A DNA stretch of 39,079 nucleotides, taken from contig DATBSK010000044.1 in the NCBI GenBank assembly GCA_036559825.1, positions 1 through 39,079 on the forward strand, given 5' to 3'. The stretch's first letter is position 1. The number at the start of each line of letters is the position of its first letter. The stretch comes from Acidimicrobiia bacterium. Its GTDB lineage: Bacteria > Actinomycetota > Acidimicrobiia > IMCC26256 > PALSA-555. A program made the position numbers and the translations under genes. The notes beneath the pieces were generated by a model. The model was not told the origin of the DNA, searched no databases, and saw nothing but the letters and a program-made list of their open reading frames with translations. Positions 1 through 6,992 of this stretch are shown piece after piece.

Positions 1-423
1 CTGCTCGCGCCAGTACACCGACGCGTGGTGCATCGTGTTCCAGGTGCCGTACATGTGCACCTTCACGACGGTGTCGAAGTCCTCGGGGGCCATCGAGAAC
101 ATCATCCGGTCGCGCAGGACTCCTGCGTTGTTCACGAGGACGTCGAGCCGGCCGAACGAGTCGAGCGCCGCCTTCACGATTCCCGCGGCGCCGTCGAAGT
201 CGGCGACGCTGTCGTAGCTCGCGACGGCCTCGCCGCCGCGCTGCTCGATGACCTTCACGACCTCGTCGGCGACCTTGGCGTCGGCTCCCTCACCGGTGAC
301 CGACCCACCGAGGTCGTTGACGACGACCTTCGCGCCGTGGTCCGCCAGCAGGACCGCCTCGCCACGCCCGACTCCGTTGCCGGCGCCGGTGACGATCGCG
401 ACCTTGCCGTCCAGCATGCCCAT
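1..423 (-). CDS. SDR-family oxidoreductase (hydroxyacyl-CoA dehydrogenase-like), N-terminal 141 codons; the gene runs off the left edge
   Basis: Absent from the ORF track because it has no in-window stop. Reverse translation from ATG 423-421 gives MGMLDGKVAIVTGAGNGVGRGEAVLLADHGAKVVVNDLGG...LDVLVNNAGVLRDR, with the TGxxxGxG Rossmann motif and the NNAG motif. Minus-strand Shine-Dalgarno GAGGAGGAAGGA at 431-442. Confidence 0.85.
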   Translation of the reverse strand, partial: MGMLDGKVAIVTGAGNGVGRGEAVLLADHGAKVVVNDLGGSVTGEGADAKVADEVVKVIEQRGGEAVASYDSVADFDGAAGIVKAALDSFGRLDVLVNNAGVLRDRMMFSMAPEDFDTVVKVHMYGTWNTMHHASVYWREQ

Positions 424-464
424 TTGCGCGTCCTTCCTCCTCGACCGCAGACTGTCGCCGAACC

Positions 465-478
465 TGACGTCGGCGTCA
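465..478. promoter_or_regulatory. Candidate operator palindrome TGACGTCGGCGTCA in the divergent SDR/MaoC spacer
   Basis: 5-bp inverted arms TGACG/CGTCA with a 4-bp centre. Near-identical 16-mers occur at 464-479 and 4229-4244 (13 of 16 positions match). A degenerate copy lies at 11368-11381. All three sit in divergent spacers. Confidence 0.3.
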
Positions 479-528
479 CCGTACCTCCGGCCGCGCGTCA
501 GCCGTCAAAACGGACCGGGAGCGAATCG

Positions 529-1029
529 ATGGCCGTCGACACGAGCGTGATCGGCAAGCGCACGGGGGCGAATCGCGTGCGCATCGAACGCGGCCCCGTC
601 GGGTTCTTCGCGAGTGCGGTGCTCGACGACAACCCGGTGTACCGCGATGTCGAGGCTGCGAGCGGCGCCGGGTTCGATGCGATCCCGGCACCGCCAACCT
701 TCTCGTTCGCGATGCGGCACATGGGCGTCATCGGCGAGGAGCAGCCACCCGACCCGACCGGTGGGACGAACCCGATGCACGCGGTGATGGGTGACCTGCA
801 CGCGAAGGGCGCGCTCATCCTCCACGGTGAGGAGGAGTTCGAGTACCACCGGCCCGTCATGGTGGGTGACGTGCTGCTCGGTGAGGGGACGATCGTCGAC
901 CTCTACGAGAAGGACACGGACAGCGCCGTGATGACGTTCATCGTCATCGAGACCGTCTGGCGCGACGAGGCGAACGGCGATCCCGTCGTCACCGAGCGCT
1001 TCAACCTCATCGGCCGCCTGAAGAAGTGA
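529..1029 (+). CDS. MaoC-like (R)-hydratase N-terminal-type hotdog protein
   Basis: Inner ATG of track ORF 25..1029; the upstream part of that ORF is antisense to the SDR gene. MAVDTSVIGKRTG...FFASAVLDDNPVYRD...LHGEEEFEYHRPVMVGDVL is a typical MaoC_dehydrat_N/FAS1-type hotdog sequence. Confidence 0.85.
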   Translation: MAVDTSVIGKRTGANRVRIERGPVGFFASAVLDDNPVYRDVEAASGAGFDAIPAPPTFSFAMRHMGVIGEEQPPDPTGGTNPMHAVMGDLHAKGALILHGEEEFEYHRPVMVGDVLLGEGTIVDLYEKDTDSAVMTFIVIETVWRDEANGDPVVTERFNLIGRLKK

Positions 1030-1049
1030 AGTAGGGAGGGGAGCGCGGG

Positions 1050-1826
1050 ATGGGGCGGCTCGAGGGCAAGGTCGCGATCATCACGGGCGCGGGGCAGGGG
1101 ATCGGGCTAGGCTACGCGCGTCGGTTCCTGGAGGAAGGTGCGAAGGTCGCGGTCGCCGAGCTCGATCCCGACCGCGCCGCCGGCGGCATGGCGGCGCTCG
1201 ACGGCATGGGCGACGCGCTCCTGGTCGAGACCGACATCGGCGAGCCCGCTTCGGCGGAGGCGTGCGCGGCAGCGACGGAAGACGCGTTCGGTCGCATCGA
1301 CATCCTCGTCAACAACGCCGCGATCTACCACGACATCGACAACACGGACACGTCGTACGAGTACCTCCTCAAGATCATGAGCGTGAACCAGCACGGCGCG
1401 TGGATCATGTCCCGTGCCGTCGCCCCGACGATGGTCGAGCAGCGATGGGGGAGAATCATCAACCAGTCGTCGGGCGCGGCCTATCAGTACGTCTTCCCGC
1501 CGATCGACGACTTCCAGGGCTTGGGGAACTTCAGCTACTCGATCACCAAGTGGGGGATCATCGGACTGACGAAGTTCATGGCCGCGCAGCTCGGCCAGTA
1601 CGGCATCACCGTGAACTGCATCGCGCCCGGCGTCACGATGACGGCGGCGACGAAGAAGATCGTGCCGGAGGCGTACATCGGCGGGATGACCGCCATGACC
1701 GCGATGAAGCAGACGCTCGAGCCCGAGGACCTCGCGGGCGCGGCCGTCTTCTTCGCGAGCGACGACGCCCGGCTCTGCACCGGCCAGACGCTCGTGATCG
1801 ACGGCGGTCTCGCCATGCCGGCATAG
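1050..1826 (+). CDS. SDR-family oxidoreductase (FabG-like)
   Basis: MGRLEGKVAIITGAGQGIGLG (TGxxxGxG), NNAAI, YSITKWG (YxxxK). Shine-Dalgarno GGGAGGGGAG lies upstream. Confidence 0.92.
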   Translation: MGRLEGKVAIITGAGQGIGLGYARRFLEEGAKVAVAELDPDRAAGGMAALDGMGDALLVETDIGEPASAEACAAATEDAFGRIDILVNNAAIYHDIDNTDTSYEYLLKIMSVNQHGAWIMSRAVAPTMVEQRWGRIINQSSGAAYQYVFPPIDDFQGLGNFSYSITKWGIIGLTKFMAAQLGQYGITVNCIAPGVTMTAATKKIVPEAYIGGMTAMTAMKQTLEPEDLAGAAVFFASDDARLCTGQTLVIDGGLAMPA

Positions 1827-1838
1827 ACACCCCGTGGC

Positions 1839-1857
1839 GGCGGGGGCGGTGCCCGCC
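1839..1857. terminator. Small GC hairpin between convergent genes
   Basis: GGCGGG-GGCGGTG-CCCGCC (6-7 bp stem) lies in the 35-bp gap between the stops at 1826 (+) and 1862 (-). There is no U-tract. Confidence 0.3.
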
Positions 1858-1861
1858 CTCG

Positions 1862-4204
1862 CTACTCGACGGCGCCCTCGTGCTGCAGTCGCTCGATCTC
1901 CTCGCGGCTGAGGCCGAGGAACCCTTCGAGGACCGTGTCGTTGTCCTGGCCCAGGGTGGGGCCGGCGCGGTGGTAGCCGCTGGGCGCGTCCGAGATGCGG
2001 AAGCCGTTCCGTTCGTAGAGGCTGGGACCCATGGACGGGTGGGTGAGGGGCACGAAGTGCTCGCGCGCCGCGAGCTGCTCGTCACCGCGGACGTCACCGA
2101 AGTCCTCGACGGGCACGGCCTCGATGCCCTGGGCCTGCAACAGGCGCGCGACGTCGGCACGAGTCCTGGTGCGCGTCCACGCGCCGACCGCGGCCTCGAC
2201 CTCGTCGACGCGCGCTCGCCGCGCGTCGAGGGTCTGGAGCGACTCGTCCGCGACGCCGATGAGCTCGGCGAGCCGCGCCCACTCGGCATCGGTCCAGCAC
2301 GCGATCGCGACCCAGCGGTCGTCGACCTCGCCCTCGGCGACACAGGGGAACGCGCCGTGGGGTACGGCCCGTGTGGACCGGTTGCCGTCCCGCGTGCCGA
2401 TGACGCCGTCGATCTGGGCCGCGAGCAGCCACGGTGCGAGCGTCCAGCTGCCGGCCTCGACCTGCGAGAGGTCGAGGTAGACACCGCGTCCGGTCCGCGC
2501 TCGGTAGTGGAGGCCCGCGGCGAGCGCGGCCGCGACGTAGCGCGGCGCGAGCGAGTCGGTGATCGTGGCGTAGGGCCCGACGGGCTCGAGGTCGGGCCAG
2601 CCCGTCGACCAGTTGTAGCCCGAGAGCGCGGCGCCCTGCCCACCGAAGCCCGGGTAGTTCTTGTGCGGTCCCGTCTGGCCGTTGAGGCACGCGCTGATCA
2701 TCACGAGGTCGGGCTTGATGCGGGCGAGCGTGTCGTAGTCGAGGCCGAACCCCTTCATGGCGCGGGGCGCGTAGTTCTCCGCGACAGCATCGGCCCACTC
2801 GACGACGAGGCGACGTACGAGCGCGACGGAGTCGGGGTGCTTGAGGTTCAGGGTGACGTTCAGCTTGCCGACGTTGAGGCCGTCGTACATCGGAGCGCCC
2901 TCGAGCCCGTGGGGGTTGTCGGGACCGAGCGCGTACACCCGCAGGAAGTCGGGGCGGGTGCGCGACTCGACGCGGAGCACCGTCGCTCCGTGCTCGACGA
3001 AGTACCGCGTCGCGATCGGGCCGGCAGCGCCCGAGCCGAGCTCGACGATGTTCACGCCCTGCCAAGCCGGGCGGCCCGGCGACCACCGGTCGTTCACGCG
3101 GCGCCCGCCCGGGGACGCGAACGAGACGTCGCGCTCGGTTGACTGTGGCGCCGCGACTCGCGGGCGGACCGGCGCCGCCTGGCCGTCGTCCGAGCGGACC
3201 TGCACGAAGGCGCCGGGGAAACGCTCGATCCCGTCGAGCGCGACGAAGAACCCGCGGGCGTCGAGCTGCTCGCTCGCGAGGATCTCGCGAGGCGAGTTCG
3301 TGGGCGCGAGCATGAGGTTCGTCTCGCAGGCGAGCTCGTACAGCTCGCGCATCGTGTGCCGAGCGAAGTACTCGCCGATCGGCGCCTCGATCGCGCGCAG
3401 CACCTCCTCGGGCGCGTGGTTCGGGTTCCACTGACCCCAGTCCTGCGCCTCGAGCGCGGATGCGTCGACGCCGTCGGCGGCGACCGCCTTGGTGATGATC
3501 TCGAGCGAGGGGATACGTGCCTTCCCGCCGCGCAGACCGAACGAGACCCATCCGTCGGACGTTGGCCAGATCTCGCGCGAGGGGCCGATGTGTGCGCCGA
3601 GGCGACGTCCGCGGAACCCGGTCTGCTCGAATCGGGCGGGTGAAGCCATGTTCGCGACGTCGACGCACTCCTGCATCGAGAGGTCGATCCGGTGCGGGTG
3701 ACCCGTCCAGAGCGCGCTCAGCACCGCGAAGGCCGCCTCGCCGCCCGTGTGCGCGTATCCGGACGGCTCGGTGCAACGCACCGGCGGGCGGTCGGGGTCG
3801 CCGGTGGGGTACATGTTGCCGCTGCTCGCGAGCACGCCGAGGTCCGACGCGCGCCACGCCGCGCGTGGGCCCGTGAGACCGAACGGTGTGACGCTGAGCC
3901 ACACGGCCTGCGGCGAGCGCTCGCGCTCGACGTCGAGCACGCCGGGGAAGCCCGGCGTGTCGATCACGGCGTCCGCGTCGGCGAGCAGCGCGTCGAGCCG
4001 CGGATCGTCGGGGCCGGTCACCTCGATCGCGCGCTTGCCCGCGGTCCACGCGGCCCAGCGGTGCGGTTGGAGTCGTAGGGGGTGCCCACCCGGCGGCTCC
4101 ACCAGCACGACCTCGGCACCGAGGTCGGCGAGGACGCGCCCCGCGATCGCCGCGGGCTCACCCGCGAGGTCGACGACGCGCAGTCCGTCGAGCAGTGCTT
4201 GCAC
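1862..4204 (-). CDS. Tandem-fused family III (CaiB/BaiF) CoA-transferase, two modules in one 780-aa polypeptide
   Basis: Module 1: LDGLRVVDLAGEPAAIAGRVLADLGAEVVLVE. Module 2, from about residue 395: WQGVNIVELGSGAAGPIATRYFVEHGATVLRVE. Both are typical CaiB N-terminal Rossmann starts. GTG start. Confidence 0.9.
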   Translation of the reverse strand: MQALLDGLRVVDLAGEPAAIAGRVLADLGAEVVLVEPPGGHPLRLQPHRWAAWTAGKRAIEVTGPDDPRLDALLADADAVIDTPGFPGVLDVERERSPQAVWLSVTPFGLTGPRAAWRASDLGVLASSGNMYPTGDPDRPPVRCTEPSGYAHTGGEAAFAVLSALWTGHPHRIDLSMQECVDVANMASPARFEQTGFRGRRLGAHIGPSREIWPTSDGWVSFGLRGGKARIPSLEIITKAVAADGVDASALEAQDWGQWNPNHAPEEVLRAIEAPIGEYFARHTMRELYELACETNLMLAPTNSPREILASEQLDARGFFVALDGIERFPGAFVQVRSDDGQAAPVRPRVAAPQSTERDVSFASPGGRRVNDRWSPGRPAWQGVNIVELGSGAAGPIATRYFVEHGATVLRVESRTRPDFLRVYALGPDNPHGLEGAPMYDGLNVGKLNVTLNLKHPDSVALVRRLVVEWADAVAENYAPRAMKGFGLDYDTLARIKPDLVMISACLNGQTGPHKNYPGFGGQGAALSGYNWSTGWPDLEPVGPYATITDSLAPRYVAAALAAGLHYRARTGRGVYLDLSQVEAGSWTLAPWLLAAQIDGVIGTRDGNRSTRAVPHGAFPCVAEGEVDDRWVAIACWTDAEWARLAELIGVADESLQTLDARRARVDEVEAAVGAWTRTRTRADVARLLQAQGIEAVPVEDFGDVRGDEQLAAREHFVPLTHPSMGPSLYERNGFRISDAPSGYHRAGPTLGQDNDTVLEGFLGLSREEIERLQHEGAVE

Positions 4205-4260
4205 GCGTTCGACCCCCGGAGGCTTTCCCTGACGTCCTCGTCAGCCTAGTGTCGAACGCG
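4204..4260. promoter_or_regulatory. Nested inverted repeats filling the divergent CaiB/amidohydrolase spacer
   Basis: Outer perfect 10-bp arms CGCGTTCGAC (4204-4213) and GTCGAACGCG (4251-4260). Inner CTGACG-TCCT-CGTCAG at 4229-4244. Confidence 0.35.
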
Positions 4261-5421
4261 ATGACCCGGATCGTCGACGCCGACTGCCACATCCTCGAGC
4301 CTCCGGACATCTGGGAGCACTGGCTGCCAGAGCGCTACCAGGACCGCGCGCCGAAGCTCGTGAAGGATCCCGAAGGTGGCGATGCGTGGCAGACCGCGGT
4401 CGGCGGCGATCCCGACCCGATCGGCCTGGTCTCGACGCCGGGCAGGCCGTTCGACGAGTTCCGTTGGTTCGGCGTCACCTACGAGGAGGCGCGCGAGGGC
4501 TGCTACGACGGTGCGGCGCGTCTCGCCGACATGGACCGCGACGGCGTGTGGGCCGAGGTCCTTTTCCCACCCCAGCGCACGATGAGCCACTTCCTCGGTG
4601 ACGACGACGACGACTTCGTGCTCGCCGGGGTCGATGCGTACAACAGCTTCCTCTTCGAGGAGTTCTGCGCCGCCGACCCGGCACGCCTCATCGGCCTCGC
4701 ACAGGTGCCGTCGCTCGGCATCGACGTCGCGGTCGACTCGTTGCGCAAGGCGCGCGCGCGGGGCGCGAAGGGCGTGATCATCTCCAACTGGCCGTCGGGT
4801 GGGGAGGGGCTCTCGGCGGACGACGATCCGTTCTGGGCCGCGGCCGTCGACGAGGGCGTCCCCGTGTCCGTCCACATCAACATCATCAGTCGCGCCCAGC
4901 GGTCGGCCGCACGCAAGGCGAACGCACGGTCGGGCAACCCGAGCTACGACATGAGCAGCGCCGCGGCGCGTGCGAAGGCGATCGGCGGGATGAGCCACGT
5001 CTTCTCGATGACCGCGGGTGCGATCACCCAGATGCTCTTCAGCGGCGTGTTCGAGCGCTTCCCGGAGCTCCAGATGTGCTGGATCGAGACCGGTGTCGGC
5101 TGGCTGCCGCACCTGCTCGAGTCGATCGACGATCGGTACTGGCGCAACCGGTCGTGGGGGAAGCTCGAGATCAGTGAGCCGCCGTCGTTCTACTGGCACC
5201 GCAACAATGCCGCGTCCTTCATCACCGACCGCTCGGGCGTCGCGCTGCGGCACGCGGTCGGCGTCGAGAACATGCTGTGGTCGAGCGACTACCCGCACCA
5301 CGGGAACGACTGGCCGTACTCGCGGCGGGTGATCGACGAGACGATGGGTCACGTCCCGGCGGAGGAGCGAGCGAAGATCGTCGGCGGCAACGCCGCGCGG
5401 ATCTGGCACCTCGACGATTAG
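4261..5421 (+). CDS. Amidohydrolase_2 family protein (ACMSD/LigW-like metal-dependent hydrolase or decarboxylase)
   Basis: MTRIVDADCHILEPPDIWEHWLP (the HxH-type start is replaced by DxH, as in this family), ...WSSDYPHHGNDWP near the C-terminus. Inner ATG of track ORF 4195..5421. Confidence 0.88.
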   Translation: MTRIVDADCHILEPPDIWEHWLPERYQDRAPKLVKDPEGGDAWQTAVGGDPDPIGLVSTPGRPFDEFRWFGVTYEEAREGCYDGAARLADMDRDGVWAEVLFPPQRTMSHFLGDDDDDFVLAGVDAYNSFLFEEFCAADPARLIGLAQVPSLGIDVAVDSLRKARARGAKGVIISNWPSGGEGLSADDDPFWAAAVDEGVPVSVHINIISRAQRSAARKANARSGNPSYDMSSAAARAKAIGGMSHVFSMTAGAITQMLFSGVFERFPELQMCWIETGVGWLPHLLESIDDRYWRNRSWGKLEISEPPSFYWHRNNAASFITDRSGVALRHAVGVENMLWSSDYPHHGNDWPYSRRVIDETMGHVPAEERAKIVGGNAARIWHLDD

Positions 5422-6158
5422 GCGTCCTGGGGCGGCAGGTCACCGCGCTCGATCGCGCCGAGTGTGAGGCGCTGGATCGTCCGGTGATGCGTGTAGTCGA
5501 CGAGCTGGCGCGCCAGCGGCAGGATCGCCGCCGCGTGGGCCACGGCAGCACGTTGGAACGCCGCGAACTCGTCATCGGTCCAGTCGATCCCGCCGCCTGT
5601 CGTGAAGAGCTCGACGACGCGGCGTTGGGTCGCCTCGATGCCCTCGGCGTACGTGCGCGCCATCTCGACCACCGCGGACCGCGGGACGCCGAGTCGGTGC
5701 AGCTCCGCCAGGGTCTGGACCAGCTCGAGATCCTCCGCGTCGTAGGCATCGCGCCCGTACTCCTGGGGCTCGCGCAGCACGCCCGCGGCGTGCACCTCGA
5801 TCGCGAGCTCGCGGTCGATGCCCGAGCGATCGATCAGCTCGTCGAGGGTGTACGTGCGCCCCTCGGCGCCGCCGAAGAGGCCCTCGACGAAGTCGCCCCG
5901 ATCGCTCGTCAGCAGCGCCCGGATCGCAGCGAGGGAGAAGCGGCGGCCCTGCAGCTCCTTGATCCGGGCCAGCGCCTCGAGGGGGCTCGGCCCGTAGAGG
6001 TTCGCCCGCCCGGCCCGCTCGGCCGGGGGCAGGAGGCCCTCGCGCTGGTAGTAGCGGATCGTGTCGACGGTGACGTCGGCGCGACGGGCGAGGTCGTCGA
6101 TGCGCCAGCAGCCACCCCGCCCGGCCTCCGCCGGGACGCCCTCGGGGGAGTGTGACAT
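5418..6158 (-). CDS. MerR-family transcriptional regulator with a roughly 150-aa C-terminal domain
   Basis: WRIDDLARRADVTVDTIRYYQREGLLPP...NLYGPSPLEALARIKELQGRRFSLAAIRALL is a MerR winged-HTH plus the start of the coiled coil. The overall N-HTH plus helical C-domain layout resembles the Rv1828/FtsR type (inference). Confidence 0.9.
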   Translation of the reverse strand: MSHSPEGVPAEAGRGGCWRIDDLARRADVTVDTIRYYQREGLLPPAERAGRANLYGPSPLEALARIKELQGRRFSLAAIRALLTSDRGDFVEGLFGGAEGRTYTLDELIDRSGIDRELAIEVHAAGVLREPQEYGRDAYDAEDLELVQTLAELHRLGVPRSAVVEMARTYAEGIEATQRRVVELFTTGGGIDWTDDEFAAFQRAAVAHAAAILPLARQLVDYTHHRTIQRLTLGAIERGDLPPQDA

Positions 6159-6170
6159 CGGTCACCGTCC

Positions 6171-6211
6171 TTGACAGCAACTACCCTAAGAGTAGATACT
6201 CACAAAGTCAA
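6171..6211. promoter_or_regulatory. Face-to-face divergent promoters with a central MerR-type operator
   Basis: Plus strand: -35 TTGACA (6171-6176), -10 GATACT (6195-6200), 18-bp spacer. Minus strand: -35 TTGACT (6211-6206), 17-bp spacer, -10 TAGGGT (6188-6183). The imperfect palindrome CTACCCTAAGAGTAG (6181-6195, 12 of 15 positions self-complementary) sits between the hexamers. This is the only AT-rich patch in the window. Confidence 0.5.
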
Positions 6212-6274
6212 TGCACCGGAACTTGTGCACGAATGCACGAGTCTGGAGGCTCGAGAGCTCGAGAGGAGGAGCCC

Positions 6275-6403
6275 ATGGGAAGCACCGAGCGGGAGCGGGC
6301 TCTGGCGTGGATCGCCCGGCGGCTCGAATGGGAGCGCACGCTGGCCGGTCTGCGCGATGACGAGGCCGCGGACGAGCCCCACGAGGTCAGCCGCGCCGCC
6401 TGA
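6275..6403 (+). CDS. Small hypothetical protein (42 aa) divergent from merR
   Basis: ATG preceded by GAGAGGAGGAG with 5-nt spacing. MGSTERERALAWIARRLEWERTLAGLRDDEAADEPHEVSRAA. It is followed by a strong hairpin. No recognisable domain. Confidence 0.45.
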   Translation: MGSTERERALAWIARRLEWERTLAGLRDDEAADEPHEVSRAA

Positions 6404-6430
6404 GAGCACGCCCCATTCTCACCCCGATCT

Positions 6431-6468
6431 GACGAGACCCGGTCCACCCCCCTGGCCCGGGTCTCGTC
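6431..6468. terminator. Bidirectional stem-loop between convergent genes
   Basis: Perfect 12-bp stem GACGAGACCCGG (6431-6442) / CCGGGTCTCGTC (6457-6468) with a 14-nt C-rich loop. It lies between the stops at 6403 (+) and 6478 (-). There is no clear U-tract. Confidence 0.55.
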
Positions 6469-6477
6469 GCGCGCGCG

Positions 6478-6924
6478 TCAGGCGAGCACCCACCGGGGGA
6501 GCGTGACGTCCTCGACCTGCTGGAACACGACCCGGACCGGCGCCCCGATGACGATCGTCGCCGGATCGACCTCGTTGATCGGACCGTCCGGTCGGGCAAG
6601 CAGGTTCCCCACCATCCGCAGCGTCGGATCCTCGTCGAGCGCCACGACGATCACGTTGTAGGGCGCGAGCTCGGCGTACGCCGGGAGCAGCGGCGGGTGC
6701 GGGACGACGAACGACCAGATCGTGGCCCGGCCCGATACCGGCACCCACTCGACCGCCGTGGAGCGGCAGCGCGCGCACATCGGACGAGGCGGGAACCGCG
6801 CCGTCTGACACGCGCCGCAGCGCTGGACGAGCAGCTCGTGGCGCGCGCACCCGGCCCAGAACTCCTCCGCGTCCTCGCTCTCGACGTCGGGGAGCAGGAA
6901 GCCCGTCGCCATCTCCGTCACCAT
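6478..6924 (-). CDS. DUF35 Zn-ribbon/OB-fold protein (partner of SCP-x-type thiolases)
   Basis: CGACQTARFPPRPMCARC (CxxC...CxxC rubredoxin-like ribbon) followed by an OB-fold segment ATIWSFVV...YNVIVVALDE. Confidence 0.9.
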   Translation of the reverse strand: MVTEMATGFLLPDVESEDAEEFWAGCARHELLVQRCGACQTARFPPRPMCARCRSTAVEWVPVSGRATIWSFVVPHPPLLPAYAELAPYNVIVVALDEDPTLRMVGNLLARPDGPINEVDPATIVIGAPVRVVFQQVEDVTLPRWVLA

Positions 6925-6992
6925 GGCTCGCTCACTGCGCCTCGGGGTACCCGAGCCGCGGCCGTTCGCTCACGTGGCGTCATCTGCGTCAC
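6918..6992 (-). repeat. Intergenic structured element (family copy E) forming a 24-codon bridging mini-ORF
   Basis: Sense sequence: GTGACGCAGATGACGCCACGTGAGCGAACGGCCGCGGCTCGGGTACCCCGAGGCGCAGTGAGCGAGCCATGGTGA. The GTG (6992-6990) overlaps the thiolase TGA (6991-6989). The TGA (6920-6918) overlaps the GTG directly after the DUF35 ATG. Hairpin CTCGGG-TAC-CCCGAG lies at 6941-6955. Confidence 0.6.

Noticed and set aside
25-528. The N-terminal 168 codons of track ORF 25..1029 as part of the MaoC protein.
   Set aside because: This stretch is antisense to the clearly coding SDR gene (1-423) and has no hotdog-fold similarity. The MaoC-like sequence begins at the ATG at 529.
1262-4049. Long track ORFs 1262..3142 (+, 626 aa), 2094..4049 (-, 651 aa) and 1633..2643 (-, 336 aa) overlapping the CoA-transferase gene.
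   Set aside because: Their translations are Arg/Pro/Ala/Gly-rich low-complexity strings with no recognisable motif. They lie in alternative frames or antisense to an ORF with two clear CaiB modules. These are typical high-GC shadow ORFs.
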